The notes: generated by a model from the sequence alone, not told the origin. A stretch of 64,000 nucleotides of DNA from Planctomycetota bacterium (GCA_965223845.1 CBDCXR010000004.1:416001-480000), one strand, 5' to 3'. Numbered from the stretch's first letter, positions 28,898 through 39,984 are shown. Program-made: numbers and translations.

Positions 28898-30772
28898 TCA
28901 GTCGTCCGCGCAGCGAAGGCGGTCGAGAGTCGGATCGAATCCCGCGATCGAGTCGCCCGGGAAGGGCGGCGGGCGACCGATTCCGAAGAGGTAGATGAGG
29001 CCGTAGACCGCGTCCGAAATATCGACTCCGCCGTCGTCGTTGACGTCGATCGCATCCGGGCACGCCGGCGCCGGTCGATTCTGAAAAAGCGTCTGAAGGA
29101 TCGCGATCGAGTCTGCGATGTCGAGCGATCGATCGCCGTTCGCGTCCCCGCGGAGGAACGCGGTGTCGTACGAGCCGACCGTCGTAAAGAGGATCGGTGT
29201 CGCGGCGATGCCGCCCGCCGTTCCGTCCGGTAGAGAGACCGTACCCTCGAGGACGGTCATTCCGTCCGCGTCGGCGACGGTGACGGTCGCGCCCGCGAGC
29301 TCGCGCAGACTAGCGACGCCGAGGGGAAGTGGTTCGCCGCCGAAGAACACCTCTTTCGAGCGGATGTCGCCGAATCCATCCGCCGCGCCGGCGAAGAGCG
29401 AGGCCGACGCGTCACCCGAGTGCAGCTCGACCGAGTAGGTCGCGCCCGGAACGAGGTCCTCCACTTCGACCTCGATCTCGTGCTCGTCGTCTTGCTCTTC
29501 GAACTCGACCTTGCCGTTTGCGAGTGGAAGGACCGGGGTTCCCGGCTGCGTGAGAACCGTGACGAACTTCAACCGCGGGAGAGGGTCTGCTCCGCCTCCC
29601 GGAGGAGGAACCGCACGGATGTCGGGGACCGTGCCGACGAGAACGAGGACGAGCTCTTCGCCATCGACGCGGTAGATTTCGACGCCGACGCCGCTCAGCT
29701 CGGAGATCGCGTCCGCGCCGAACGGGAAGATCGGTCGACCGCGCTCCTCGTGCTCGGCATCGCCGTCTTCGTCAGTCGTGAGACTCGCGACCATCACTTC
29801 TTCGGGAGCTTCACCGTCACGCGTGAAGAACGCGCGGTACTCGCGGTGCGCCATCGCGTCGTCGATGCGAACTCGGACCGTGTCGCGCTCGATCTCCGAT
29901 TGGAGCTTGACGTCTCCGCCGATTCCGGCTTCGGGCGAGCCGGGCGCGCGGGCGAGGTCGAACTCGACCTGGATCTCTCCTGGGTCTTCGCCGTTCTCGC
30001 CGTCGTCCCCGAGTGCCGGAACGACACCCGAGAGGACGACGTTTCCGTCCGCGTCCTTCACCGCAACGGAGAATCCGACGAGCATCGCCGCGTTCCCGGC
30101 GCCGAAGGGGAGCGAGCGCCCCGACTCGGTATCGAGCTTGAGCGTGCCGTTCCCACTGTCTCCCGTGGCGATCGTACCGACCTCTTCGGTCGCGCCGTCG
30201 GGAGCAGACAGACAGACCACGAAGGACGCGCGCGGGGCGAGAGCGCGAACCTTGACCTCGAGAAGGTGGCGGCCGTCCCGCGCTTTGACGCGAACGCGGC
30301 CGTTCCCCATTCCGCCCGCGGGCGGCGCGAGCGCGGCGGTGCCGACGCCGTCCTCGTTCCGATCGACGTTGCCCGCGAGTCGGCCCTCGAGGACGACCGT
30401 GCCACCGGATTCCGCGATGCGGATCCATGCACCCGCGAGCCCGCCAAAGTCGCCGAACGCGGCGAGCGAAGCCGGAAGCGAGTCGCGAACGCGGATCTCG
30501 AAGCTGCCGTTCGATTCGACCGTCGACTCGAACGCGGGTACGAACTCCATCCCGTCGGCCGAGATCGAGATCGAGAGTCCGGCGCCGGGCGCGAGTCGGT
30601 CACCCTTGATCCGAAGCTCGTCCGACTCGAGTCGGGTCTCTCCGCGGGCCCCGCCTCCATCCGGCGCGTGGAGTGAGCTCGACTCGTGCGCTTGAGCTGT
30701 CGAGCCCACCGCCAAAGCGACGACGGTCGCCGCCGAAAGGACCCCTCTCTTCCAAGAGCTGTGGCGTTCCAT
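28898..30772 (-). CDS. Secreted protein with four tandem ~90-aa repeats and C-terminal dockerin-like domain
   Basis: SD GGAGG; signal peptide ending AQA; four repeats ending (V/T/L)VLxG; C-terminal FLRGDANGDRSLDIAD...CPDAIDVNDDGGVDISD...GFDPTLDRLRC. Confidence 0.8.
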   Translation of the reverse strand: MERHSSWKRGVLSAATVVALAVGSTAQAHESSSLHAPDGGGARGETRLESDELRIKGDRLAPGAGLSISISADGMEFVPAFESTVESNGSFEIRVRDSLPASLAAFGDFGGLAGAWIRIAESGGTVVLEGRLAGNVDRNEDGVGTAALAPPAGGMGNGRVRVKARDGRHLLEVKVRALAPRASFVVCLSAPDGATEEVGTIATGDSGNGTLKLDTESGRSLPFGAGNAAMLVGFSVAVKDADGNVVLSGVVPALGDDGENGEDPGEIQVEFDLARAPGSPEAGIGGDVKLQSEIERDTVRVRIDDAMAHREYRAFFTRDGEAPEEVMVASLTTDEDGDAEHEERGRPIFPFGADAISELSGVGVEIYRVDGEELVLVLVGTVPDIRAVPPPGGGADPLPRLKFVTVLTQPGTPVLPLANGKVEFEEQDDEHEIEVEVEDLVPGATYSVELHSGDASASLFAGAADGFGDIRSKEVFFGGEPLPLGVASLRELAGATVTVADADGMTVLEGTVSLPDGTAGGIAATPILFTTVGSYDTAFLRGDANGDRSLDIADSIAILQTLFQNRPAPACPDAIDVNDDGGVDISDAVYGLIYLFGIGRPPPFPGDSIAGFDPTLDRLRCADD

Positions 30773-30846
30773 GTTCGCCTCCCTGGTTGCTGATCTTCGC
30801 CCTTCCGTTTCCGAAGGCGGCTGGGCCGGCCGCCGAGTCGAGCGAG

Positions 30847-30862
30847 AGCAACGCGTGTACCA
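30847..30862 (-). promoter_or_regulatory. sigma54 (-24/-12) promoter for the dockerin genes
   Basis: Minus strand reads TGGTACACGCGTTGCT = GG-N10-GC, one mismatch to TGGCAC-N5-TTGCW; 75 nt upstream of ATG 30772. Confidence 0.8.
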
Positions 30863-30936
30863 GAGCGCGAGAAGTCATTAAGTGGTTTGAAAGGCTTGAC
30901 TTGAGACCCATCCCTTGCTTCGGGCGAGGCAAGTGT

Positions 30937-30975
30937 GTTCGAATATCGATCGAGCGGATAGATCGATTTTCGATC
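30937..30975. promoter_or_regulatory. Tandem palindromic enhancer-like (UAS) sites
   Basis: GTTCGA-ATA-TCGATC (30937-30951) and perfect GATCGA-TTT-TCGATC (30961-30975), 75-115 nt upstream of the -24 box, separated from it by an AT-richer tract. Confidence 0.6.
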
Positions 30976-31060
30976 AACTCGGCGATCGCCGATTCACTCG
31001 GGGGCCGTCTTCGACCAGTGACTCAGGGGTCCAGCCCCGCCGGGAGCCGCGCAGCCCGAC

Positions 31061-34000
31061 GTGCCTACATCCACCACGCGCTGGAAGGACGGCCGCTTCG
31101 GCCGGTTCACTCTCGACGTACCACTCGGCGAGGGTGGTTTCGGCGAGGTGTGGTCGGCCCGTGACCCTCTGCGACCGGGCGAGCGCCTCGCGCTCAAGAT
31201 CGCGCGTTCTTCGTCCGGGGCGGTCGGCGCGGGTAGGGCTTCCCGTGAGTTCCGCTTGGGCGCTCGCGTCCGGCACCCGGTTCTCGTGGAGCTCCTCGAG
31301 AGCGGAGTGGCGGAGGGGCGCGAGTACCTCCTCGCCGAACGGATCGACGGGCGTCACCTCGAGCCGCCGTGGCCGCGCGACGGCCTCGAGGCCGTCACCG
31401 TCGATCTCCTCGGCGCGCTCGAAGCCGTTCACGCCGCGGGTCTCGTTCACGGCGACATCCAGCCGGGGAATCTCATCGTCGAGGGAGCGTCTCCGCCTGG
31501 GCCGCGCCCGACCTCGAGTGGCGCGAGCCCGCGGGCGCGTCTCCTCGACTTCGGCCTAGCGCGAGAGCGCGGGTACGAAGGCGCAAAGCGGACGGGTGGC
31601 CACCCGCTGTTTCTTTCGCCGGAGGCGCTCCTCGGCGAGACGCCGGACGAGCGTGCTGATCTCTACTCGCTCGGACTCGTTCTATTTCAGTGTCTCGTGC
31701 GCTCGATCTCGTCGCCCCTCGCCGAGCACCTCGAGTACGCGCTTGCCGGGGGCTACCGTGACGAAGCGTCCCAGGTCGACTTACCCTGGAAGTTCGGATC
31801 GCTTCTCCCGCGCCTTCTCGAGCCGCAGCCCCGCGCACGCCTTCAGTCCGCGTCGGAGGCGCTCGAACTCGTCTCCGGCGAGCGGGACGGTAGGCGAACG
31901 ACGGTTCCGTCCTTCGAATCGTCCTCGACGATCGGCGTAGGAGAGTATTCGGAGTCGCTCCGGCGAGCTCTCACGAGCGTCGCCGGCGGCGGGGCGAAGC
32001 TGCGGACGCTCGTCGTCACCGCCGAGAGAGGGGGCGGAAAGACCCGATGCATCCGGGACGCTTCGCTCTCGGCCGTCGCCCTCGGTGTCCGCTCGATGGA
32101 ATGGCCCCTCGCGCTTCGCGCAGCGGAGAATAGAGCTCGCGAACGCGAGTCGGGCTCTGCCGGTAGCGGGGAAGAGCTCGCCGTCGCACCCGGATCGAGG
32201 CGCGACGAGCGCCTTCGCCTTCTCGATGCGTTGGAAGAGGTGCTCGCAGAACAGCCGACCGCGCTTCTCGTCGACGACGCCGATCGCTTGACCGGCGACG
32301 AGGTCGCGCTTCTCTCGGCCCTCGTTTCGGACCGACAGCGCGCGCGACGGGAGGGGGCTCGGGCGCCACTCGTCTTGGTCGTCACCCAGGAGCTGGAGGG
32401 ATCGGCGAGGCCGGAGGTGCTCGGACTCCTCGCGCTTCTGCGGGAGTCTTATTCGACGAGCGAACACCGACTGCGCCCCTGGGGCGAGGTGGAGCTGTCA
32501 CTCTACCTCGACGAAGTTCTCCCGCCTCGGCGTGAGCTCGGAGAGTTCGAACGCGCGTTCCGCGAGCGCACGGGTGGCAATCCCGGCCTGGCGCGCGCTC
32601 TTCTCCGCGAGGTCGCGCGCCGCGGCGAGCTCGTGCGCCGCACTGGGGCGTGGCGCGTCGCGCTCGAGGCGCTCGCCACGCTCGAGCCACCCGGCGAGCG
32701 TCGGCTCTTCGACGAGGCGTGGATCGCGCTCTCGCCGCCCGCGCGCGCCATCGCCACGGCTGCAGTCCTCGCGTTCGATCCGAAGACCTCGCCGAGCGAT
32801 GAGGACTGGGCATCGACCTGCGGCCTCGACCGGCCTGGCGTTCGCGCCGCGCGGCGGGAGATCGACGCGAGCGATCTTCTGCGCAGCGGAGGAACGCTCG
32901 ACTCCGCGCTCCGGAACCTGGCCTCGGGACGACGCCTTCGGGTTCGCATCGGACGTGCAGCGGGCCCAGTCGAACGAGTTCGTCTCCGTCGTATCGTAGC
33001 GCGGTGGAGTGGGGCATCGCCGCGCGAGCGTCTCTACCAGCGTCTGCGCTTCGAGTCGGTAGACTTCGCTTCGATTCGCACGCTTGCGACGAACGGGGAC
33101 GCGGTCGACCTCAGGCTCTTCAAAGCGCACGCGACGTCGCGCGCGGACGCTGCGGACCGAGCGCGGAGCGCCCGATTCGCCGCCGAGCTCGCGATGCGCC
33201 GCGGTCAATTCGCCGCGGCCGCTGTGTGCGCACGTCTCGCCGTGCTCTCCTCCCCGACAAACGGCCACGACCACGACCGAGTTCGCGATCGGTTGCTCCT
33301 CGCGGAAGCGCTGGCGTTCGCCGGACGCACCGGCGACGCGCGAGCGGCCTTCGAGCTCGCGGCCCGCGGGGCGACGGGAGAGCTGGCCGCTCGAGTTGCC
33401 TACGGCCGCGCGGTTTTCGCGTACCGCATCAACGAGTTTCGCAACGCGGTCGCGTTTTGCGCAGAAGCAGTACGCGGCGACGGAGTCGTTCCCGCCTACC
33501 GCAGTCTCTCGGGGACGCTTGCGCTCGCGTCCGGAGATCGCCGGCGCGCCGCGGACGAATTCCGGCGTGCGTTCGCCCTCGCGACGGATCGCGGCGATTT
33601 ACGGGCGTCGGCCGCGACCGCGGTCAACGCGGCGCGACTCTACCTGCGCGAAGGTCGAAGCGGCGTCGCCGAGCGGCTTCTCGCGCGAGCAACACGAGCT
33701 TTCTCGCGCGCGGGCGAGTTCGCCGAGGCGGCGCGAGCTCGGGGCAATCTCGGCGTCGTCTACCGTCGCCGCGAGAAGATCGACGCGGCGTTCACCGCGC
33801 TCGAGAGCGCCGCGGACGATCACCGCCGGGCGGGCGACGCGGAATCGCTCGCCGCGAGCCTCGCCAGCCTGAGCGCACTCGCGCGCGAAATTGGTCTCGC
33901 CGGAACGGCTTCGCGGTATGCGCAGGCGGCGCGCAGAGCGGCGAGCCGCGCCGGAGCGGCCGCCGAATCGAGACTCGCGCGGAGTCCCGAGTGGGCGATC

Positions 34001-36199
34001 CACTCCGCTCTGCTCGCGCTCGATCTCGGGGGAGAAGCCGGCACGTCCGATTCTCCGAGCGGCGAGGCGAGCCGTGCGCGCGAGGGCGCGGACGCGCTCC
34101 TTCTCCGAGTGCGCTCGCGCTCCGTCGACGATCTCGCCGCCGACGAACGGCTCGCGCGACGCGCCGGCGACGAAGCTCTCGATCCCGGGGACGCTGTCTG
34201 GATCCTCGCGGCCCTCGAGCGCGCGCGAGCGAACGAGTGCGCTCGCGCCGGGGACAAGGAGACGGGTTCCGCGGCGCGACTCTCTGCTCTTGCGATTACC
34301 GGCCTCGAACGTCTCGCACGAAAGAGTCGCGTCGCGAGAGTCGGTCTCCTCACCGAGCGCATCGAACGCAGCTCGCCGGGTGAGACGGACCCGAACGACC
34401 GCCGCGATCTCGCCGCGGCGCTCGACGGACTCGCTCATCGCGGAGTCCGCGCCCGAGCCCTCGCCGTGCTGGTGCGGCGATCCGACGAGTCGGAGCGCCG
34501 CACGTTTCTCAAACAACTTCGTTCGCTCGTCGACGAGTGGACGCTCGACGTCTCGGCGTCCGATCGTCCGTCCTTCTTCGGCCGAACCGATATCGCGGAG
34601 ATCGTCAGCATGATCGAACCCACTCAGACTTCCGACTCGATCGAGTCCGATCGCTCCACCGGAGAGGTGCTCCGATTCACGCGCGAGATTCTCGCCACGG
34701 ACGACGTCCGGCGCGTCCTCCGTGAGATCGTCGACGCAGCGAGCGGGCTCACCGGTGCCGAGCTCGGCGCGCTCGTCGTTCGCGGCGGCGGGGGCTTCGA
34801 GATCGCGGCGGCGAGAGAGCACGGCGAGGATATCGAGGAGCCCGAAAGTCGCATCAGCACGACGATCGTCGATCGCACTCTCCGAGACGGTCGTCCGCGG
34901 CTGACGACGGACGCCGCCGAGGACATCACGCTCCGATCGATCACGAGTGTCGAGGAGCTCGGCCTCAGGAGCGTCCTTTGCGTTCCAGTTCGCGCACGCG
35001 AGGGAGGCGGCGGGGCGGTCCTCTATCTCGACAACTCCGTCGAGCGCGGCGTCTTTACGGCAAGTCAGCTCGCCCTCGTCGAGAGTTTTTGCGTCGTCGG
35101 CGCGCTCGCTTGGCGGTCGGCGGAGGAACGGCGTGAACGTGAGGAACTCGTCGGCGAGCTCACGCGCGTGCGGGCGACGCTCGAGAGCGAGCTCGGTTCC
35201 GCGCGGCGGCAAGTGCGCGAAGCCGATCGACGCGAAGCGGTGGAGTTCGACGGAATCGTCGGTGCGAGCGCGGCGATGCGTCGAGTTCTCCGGTGGATCG
35301 AGACCATCGCGCCTTCCGATCTCCCCGTTCTCATCTCGGGACCGAGCGGAGCGGGGAAGGAACTCGTCGCGCGTGCGGTCTACCGGCATTCGCGGCGGCG
35401 CGACCGGCCGTTCGTGGCCGAGAACTTCGGTGCGATCCCGGCGGGGTTGATCGAGAGCGTTCTCTTCGGCCACCGCCGCGGTGCGTTCTCGGGGGCCGAT
35501 CGCGATCAGCGCGGCCTCTTTGAGCTCGCGTCCGGGGGGACGCTCTTTCTCGACGAAATCGGGGAGCTTCCGCTCGAGCTGCAGTCGAGACTTCTCCGCG
35601 CGCTCGAGGAGGGGGAAGTGCGACCGCTCGGGAGTGAGAGTGCGATCCGCGTCGACGTTCGCATCATCGCAGCCACGAACCGCGACCTGCGCGCGGCCGT
35701 TGCCGACGGGCGTTTTCGCGAGGATCTCTACTTCAGGCTCCAAGGCGCCGAAGTCCGTGTGCCGCCGCTCTCAGAGCGCCGTGAGGATGTCGCTCCGCTG
35801 GTCGCGCATTTTCTCGCGCGGGAGACCGAGTCAGGGGCGCCCGCGCGGCGATTCTCCGCCGAGGCGCTCGAACGCCTCGAGCGCCATCGCTGGCCGGGAA
35901 ACGTCCGCGAGCTCCAGCACGAAGTGCGCCGCGCGTGTCTCCTCGCCGAGAGCCGCGTCATCGGGGTCGACGATTTGTCGGACTCCGTCCGCGAAGGCCG
36001 CGGGCTCGATGGAGGCGCGAGCGAACACGAGTCGGCCGGAGGTTCCGGGGCGTTTCTTTCCCTCAAGGAGATCGAGAAGCGCGCGATCCTCGACGCCCTC
36101 GCGCGGTTCGAAGGGCACCGCGGCAAGGCGGCGGCAGCGCTCGGAGTCGCGCGGTCGACCCTCTACTTGAAGCTGAAGAGCTACGGCGTCGCGGACTAG
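31061..36199 (+). CDS. Ser/Thr kinase - AAA ATPase - TPR - GAF - sigma54 activator (bEBP) - Fis-type HTH
   Basis: [21 protein letters not shown]; P-loop RGGGKT; TPR-like GNLGVVY; GAF (LRSVLCVP...LYLDN); [50 protein letters not shown]; [11 protein letters not shown]. Confidence 0.92.
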   Translation: MPTSTTRWKDGRFGRFTLDVPLGEGGFGEVWSARDPLRPGERLALKIARSSSGAVGAGRASREFRLGARVRHPVLVELLESGVAEGREYLLAERIDGRHLEPPWPRDGLEAVTVDLLGALEAVHAAGLVHGDIQPGNLIVEGASPPGPRPTSSGASPRARLLDFGLARERGYEGAKRTGGHPLFLSPEALLGETPDERADLYSLGLVLFQCLVRSISSPLAEHLEYALAGGYRDEASQVDLPWKFGSLLPRLLEPQPRARLQSASEALELVSGERDGRRTTVPSFESSSTIGVGEYSESLRRALTSVAGGGAKLRTLVVTAERGGGKTRCIRDASLSAVALGVRSMEWPLALRAAENRARERESGSAGSGEELAVAPGSRRDERLRLLDALEEVLAEQPTALLVDDADRLTGDEVALLSALVSDRQRARREGARAPLVLVVTQELEGSARPEVLGLLALLRESYSTSEHRLRPWGEVELSLYLDEVLPPRRELGEFERAFRERTGGNPGLARALLREVARRGELVRRTGAWRVALEALATLEPPGERRLFDEAWIALSPPARAIATAAVLAFDPKTSPSDEDWASTCGLDRPGVRAARREIDASDLLRSGGTLDSALRNLASGRRLRVRIGRAAGPVERVRLRRIVARWSGASPRERLYQRLRFESVDFASIRTLATNGDAVDLRLFKAHATSRADAADRARSARFAAELAMRRGQFAAAAVCARLAVLSSPTNGHDHDRVRDRLLLAEALAFAGRTGDARAAFELAARGATGELAARVAYGRAVFAYRINEFRNAVAFCAEAVRGDGVVPAYRSLSGTLALASGDRRRAADEFRRAFALATDRGDLRASAATAVNAARLYLREGRSGVAERLLARATRAFSRAGEFAEAARARGNLGVVYRRREKIDAAFTALESAADDHRRAGDAESLAASLASLSALAREIGLAGTASRYAQAARRAASRAGAAAESRLARSPEWAIHSALLALDLGGEAGTSDSPSGEASRAREGADALLLRVRSRSVDDLAADERLARRAGDEALDPGDAVWILAALERARANECARAGDKETGSAARLSALAITGLERLARKSRVARVGLLTERIERSSPGETDPNDRRDLAAALDGLAHRGVRARALAVLVRRSDESERRTFLKQLRSLVDEWTLDVSASDRPSFFGRTDIAEIVSMIEPTQTSDSIESDRSTGEVLRFTREILATDDVRRVLREIVDAASGLTGAELGALVVRGGGGFEIAAAREHGEDIEEPESRISTTIVDRTLRDGRPRLTTDAAEDITLRSITSVEELGLRSVLCVPVRAREGGGGAVLYLDNSVERGVFTASQLALVESFCVVGALAWRSAEERREREELVGELTRVRATLESELGSARRQVREADRREAVEFDGIVGASAAMRRVLRWIETIAPSDLPVLISGPSGAGKELVARAVYRHSRRRDRPFVAENFGAIPAGLIESVLFGHRRGAFSGADRDQRGLFELASGGTLFLDEIGELPLELQSRLLRALEEGEVRPLGSESAIRVDVRIIAATNRDLRAAVADGRFREDLYFRLQGAEVRVPPLSERREDVAPLVAHFLARETESGAPARRFSAEALERLERHRWPGNVRELQHEVRRACLLAESRVIGVDDLSDSVREGRGLDGGASEHESAGGSGAFLSLKEIEKRAILDALARFEGHRGKAAAALGVARSTLYLKLKSYGVAD

Positions 36200-36431
36200 C
36201 GGAGAGACGCTCGCACTTCGTGCCCGTCTCGTCCGGGGCGTCCGGCTTCGGCTCGGGTCCGAATCTAGTCGGCGAATCCCTCCATCGGATGGCCTCGAGT
36301 TCACGAGCGGCTTTGATAGACTGGCCGCGTTGCGTTTCGCTTCTCGGGTACGAGATCCCCGTTGTCTCACGACGAGATTCACAAGATGCGCACGGAGAAC
36401 GACGCAGAGGGCACCGACTTGAGGCTCGAAC

Positions 36432-38327
36432 TTGACTGAGCGCTCGCTCGCGATTGCGGTTTTCCTCGGCGGAACGCTCACTCTGGGATGCGCCGCCGTC
36501 CCCCGGGCAAACGCCGCCGAGCGACCGTTCGTCATTCGGGTCGTCGACGAGGCGACCGGCCGCGGCGTTCCGCTCGTCGAGCTCTCGACGACGAACGGGA
36601 TTGCGCTCTGGACCGATTCGAACGGCATCGCTGTCTTCGACGAGCCGGGGCTCGTCGGACAGAGTGTCTTCTTCTCGGTACGCTCGCACGGTTACGAGTA
36701 CCCGGAAGACGGTTTCGGCTACCGCGGCAAGGCGCTCCTCGTGAAGCGGGGGGCGAGCGCGACGCTCCGTGTCCGACGCACGCAGATCGCAGAGCGCCTC
36801 TACCGCGTGACGGGCGCGGGCATCTACCGCGACAGCGTGCTCGCTGGGATCTCCGTTCCGATCCGGCGATCGCTCGTCAACGCGCGCGTGGTGGGGCAGG
36901 ACAGCGTCCTCACGGCGATCTACCGCGGAAGAATCCATTGGTTTTGGGGCGACACGAGCCGCGTGCGCTATCCGCTCGGAAACTTCTTTACGACGGGCGC
37001 GACATCTCACTTTCCCGCCCGCGGCGGTCTCGATCCCGCGGTCGGAGTGGATCTCGAGTACTTCGAGAACGACGAAGGCTTCGTCCGCCCGATGGCGAAG
37101 TTCCCCGGTCCGGGGCCGACCTGGTTGAGTGGCCTCGTCGTTCTGGGCGAAGCGCCGAACGAGCGGATGTTCGCTCATTACGAGCGCATTGAATCGGGGG
37201 TGATCCGCGCGTACGAGCGCGGCCTCGTCGAGTTTAGTGGGGACGAAAACGAGTTTTCGATCGTCTCGAAGTTCGAGCACGCGCAGCCGTTTCCGGGCGG
37301 AGCGCACACGCTCGTGTTGGCGCGTGAAGGAGTGCCGTACGTCTATTTCTGCGATCCACTTCCGCTCGTGCGCGTGCGCGCGGACGCGCAGAGTCTCGCG
37401 GAGCAATCGGCGTACGAATCGTATTCACCGCTCGTCGAGGGGGAGCGCGACGCGAAGACGGCGCCGCTCGACCGGAGCGAAGGCGGCGAGCTCCGCTTCG
37501 CGTGGAAGCGCGGCACCGCGCCGCTACTTCCCGCGACGCTTCACGATCGCATCCGGAAAGGGGACCTCCGGGAGGACGAGAGTCCGTACGCGCTGCGCGA
37601 CGTCGAGGCGGGAAAGACCGTAGCCGCGCACCGCGGGACGGTCGAGTGGAACGCGCACCGGCGCCGCTGGGTCTGCGTGTTCGTCGAAGTCGGGGGAACG
37701 TCGTTTCTCGGCGAGGTGTGGTACGCCGAAGCCGACCGCATCCTCGGTCCCTGGGTGTGGGCGCGGAAGATCGCGACTCACGACCGTTACAGCTTTTACA
37801 ACCCGCGGCATCATCCGTTTTTCGACGCCGAGGGCGGCCGGATCATCTACTTCGAGGGAACGTACGCGACTACGTTCTCCGGCAACTCGACGAAGACCCC
37901 CCGCTACGACTACAACCAGATCCTCTACCGGCTCGACCTGGATGATCCGCGACTCAATCTCCCCGTCGCGGTCTACGAAACGACGAGCTCAGACGGCCAA
38001 CTCGCGCTCGGGGATCACTCATCTGAAGCGGCCACAGCCGACGAAGAACGAGCGATCGCGTTTTGGGCGTTCGAACGACCGGGAGCCGACACCGTCCCGA
38101 TCCGTCTTTCGCTAGCGCGCGGTGGTGCGATGGTCTACGGCTACTCGCCCGGCGCGGAGGAGCGACCCTCGGCGACGGTGCCGCTCTGGGAGTTTACGCG
38201 AGCGAGCGACGACGGCCGTCGCTACGCGACCGACGATCGCCGACCCGACGGCGCAACGTGGAAGCGGGGGGGCGAGCCGGTCGGTTACGTGTGGCCGCAT
38301 GCCGGTCGACGCACTGCTCCGCGGTGA
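36432..38327 (+). CDS. Secreted hypothetical protein (carboxypeptidase-regulatory-like N-terminus plus probable beta-propeller)
   Basis: Signal/lipo-like N-terminus; IRVVDEATGRGVPLV, WFWGDT, YSFYNP.HHP, PRYDYNQ; start uncertain (TTG). Confidence 0.7.
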   Translation: MTERSLAIAVFLGGTLTLGCAAVPRANAAERPFVIRVVDEATGRGVPLVELSTTNGIALWTDSNGIAVFDEPGLVGQSVFFSVRSHGYEYPEDGFGYRGKALLVKRGASATLRVRRTQIAERLYRVTGAGIYRDSVLAGISVPIRRSLVNARVVGQDSVLTAIYRGRIHWFWGDTSRVRYPLGNFFTTGATSHFPARGGLDPAVGVDLEYFENDEGFVRPMAKFPGPGPTWLSGLVVLGEAPNERMFAHYERIESGVIRAYERGLVEFSGDENEFSIVSKFEHAQPFPGGAHTLVLAREGVPYVYFCDPLPLVRVRADAQSLAEQSAYESYSPLVEGERDAKTAPLDRSEGGELRFAWKRGTAPLLPATLHDRIRKGDLREDESPYALRDVEAGKTVAAHRGTVEWNAHRRRWVCVFVEVGGTSFLGEVWYAEADRILGPWVWARKIATHDRYSFYNPRHHPFFDAEGGRIIYFEGTYATTFSGNSTKTPRYDYNQILYRLDLDDPRLNLPVAVYETTSSDGQLALGDHSSEAATADEERAIAFWAFERPGADTVPIRLSLARGGAMVYGYSPGAEERPSATVPLWEFTRASDDGRRYATDDRRPDGATWKRGGEPVGYVWPHAGRRTAPR

Positions 38328-38364
38328 CCGCTCCCGAATCGCGACGTCGAGGAACCTGGATTCG

Positions 38365-39984
38365 TCATTCGTCGAGAAGTCGCACCGCCGCGTCGATGAC
38401 TTCGCGGCTGTGCCGATCGAGCGTGTCGGCGTCGAGGTTCAGGAGAGCGTTCAGAGCCTTCTCGTTCCGCTGCCACGCGAGGGCCTTGATCACGACGTGC
38501 TTGATCTCCGCGGGCGCGACGCCCAGGAGCTCTACGAGGTAGTCCGTCGACTCAGGGGTCATGACCTGCGAGAGGGTGTGGATGTTGAGCCGGGCACGAT
38601 GCCACTCACCGGAGCTGCGGTGGCGCTCGAGCTCCGTTCGGTAGGTGTCCAAGTAGCCGGCGCGGATGGCGTCGTCGTCGCCCTGGTAGGAGGCGAGAAG
38701 AATGCCCGCGAGATGTCGATCGAACTCGCCGGCGAGCGCGCCGAGTACCTTCGGGAGATCCTTCTCGCTTTTCAGATAGAGACCGAACCGAAGGAGCCCT
38801 TCGTCGTGATCGAACGCGTCACTGAGGAAGCGCCCGACGAGGAGCTCTTCCTCCGACCAGAGCCGCGAACGCATGAATCGCTGCCCCGCTTCGCTATCGA
38901 GAAGCGCCGCGAGCTCGACGACCTTCGCGTACCCCTCCTCTCCCTGACTGACGAGATCCATCGCGAGGATCCAGAGACCTTCGAGGTCGCCCCTCGCGAA
39001 GAGCCGCGCGGCGAGCGAGTCCGCTTCGGCGACCGTCGTCCGTGGGCGGTCGGACGGTGAAGCCCGCTTCGGCCTAGAATTCATCGCGGCCGCATCGCTC
39101 GCGGCCCGAGCGGCCGCGCTCTTCGCTTTCGCGGAGTCGTTCCTCAGCTCGCGTTCGAGCGCTCTTGCCTTTGCGAGGCTCGCCCTGAGCGCGTCGTTCT
39201 CTCCCCGCAGGGTTTCGATGCGGGAGTCGAGCTCCGACTGGTCCGCGATGGCCGCGTCCGCGCGCTTCGTTTCCGAGTCGAGGGCGAGATAGAGATAACT
39301 CGCGCCGAGAGTGAGGACGGCGACGGCGGCCGAAAGAGCCGCGGTGATCTTTCCGGACATCAAACTGACTCCGAGGACGGTGAGGTTGCTGTTCGAAAGT
39401 GACGATCCGGCCGCGACCGCGGAGCCGGCGCTCACGCCGGCGGCGTTCGCCCGAGCCCCGACGCTCCACGACGCTGCAAGTGCTGCGACCCACACACCGC
39501 GCGCGCCGAAGTCGTGGTCGAGTGCGCAGCGAAGCCGGGCGAGACCGCGCTTTTGACGCGTACGAACCGTTTCCACCGGGACGCCCTCGCGCCGGGCGAT
39601 CTCGCGCGGCGGAAGGTTTTCGTAGAATCGATGGAGGATCACTTCGCGGTACGGCGACTCGAGCGCAAAGACGGCGTCGGCGATCCGCCGAGCGAGGGCT
39701 TCCTTCTCGGCGATCTCCGTGACGGACGGGAGTCCTTCGCGGCGCGCGGCCAGCCACTCGCGTTCGCGGCGGCGCGTTTCCCGGCGGTGGCGTGAGATCG
39801 CGGCGTTGCGCAGCACTCGCGCGAGCCAGGCGCGACTCGTGTCGGGATGCTCGGGCGGCCGGCGAACCGCGCTCAGGTACGCCTCTTGAACGAGGTCGTC
39901 CGCGTCAGCGTCGCGCCCGACGAGCGCGGATGCGAGCGAACGGAGAAAGCTGCCGTGAGAGAGAAGAGCTTCGGCGTCGTTCAT
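38365..39984 (-). CDS. ECF sigma factor with C-terminal extension (TM, coiled coil, HEAT-like)
   Basis: DADDLVQEAY, AWLARVLRN, L..PYREVILHRFYE, VETVRTRQKRGL; TM ITAALSAAVAVLTLGASYLYL; coiled coil; helical C-terminus. Confidence 0.85.
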   Translation of the reverse strand: MNDAEALLSHGSFLRSLASALVGRDADADDLVQEAYLSAVRRPPEHPDTSRAWLARVLRNAAISRHRRETRRREREWLAARREGLPSVTEIAEKEALARRIADAVFALESPYREVILHRFYENLPPREIARREGVPVETVRTRQKRGLARLRCALDHDFGARGVWVAALAASWSVGARANAAGVSAGSAVAAGSSLSNSNLTVLGVSLMSGKITAALSAAVAVLTLGASYLYLALDSETKRADAAIADQSELDSRIETLRGENDALRASLAKARALERELRNDSAKAKSAAARAASDAAAMNSRPKRASPSDRPRTTVAEADSLAARLFARGDLEGLWILAMDLVSQGEEGYAKVVELAALLDSEAGQRFMRSRLWSEEELLVGRFLSDAFDHDEGLLRFGLYLKSEKDLPKVLGALAGEFDRHLAGILLASYQGDDDAIRAGYLDTYRTELERHRSSGEWHRARLNIHTLSQVMTPESTDYLVELLGVAPAEIKHVVIKALAWQRNEKALNALLNLDADTLDRHSREVIDAAVRLLDE

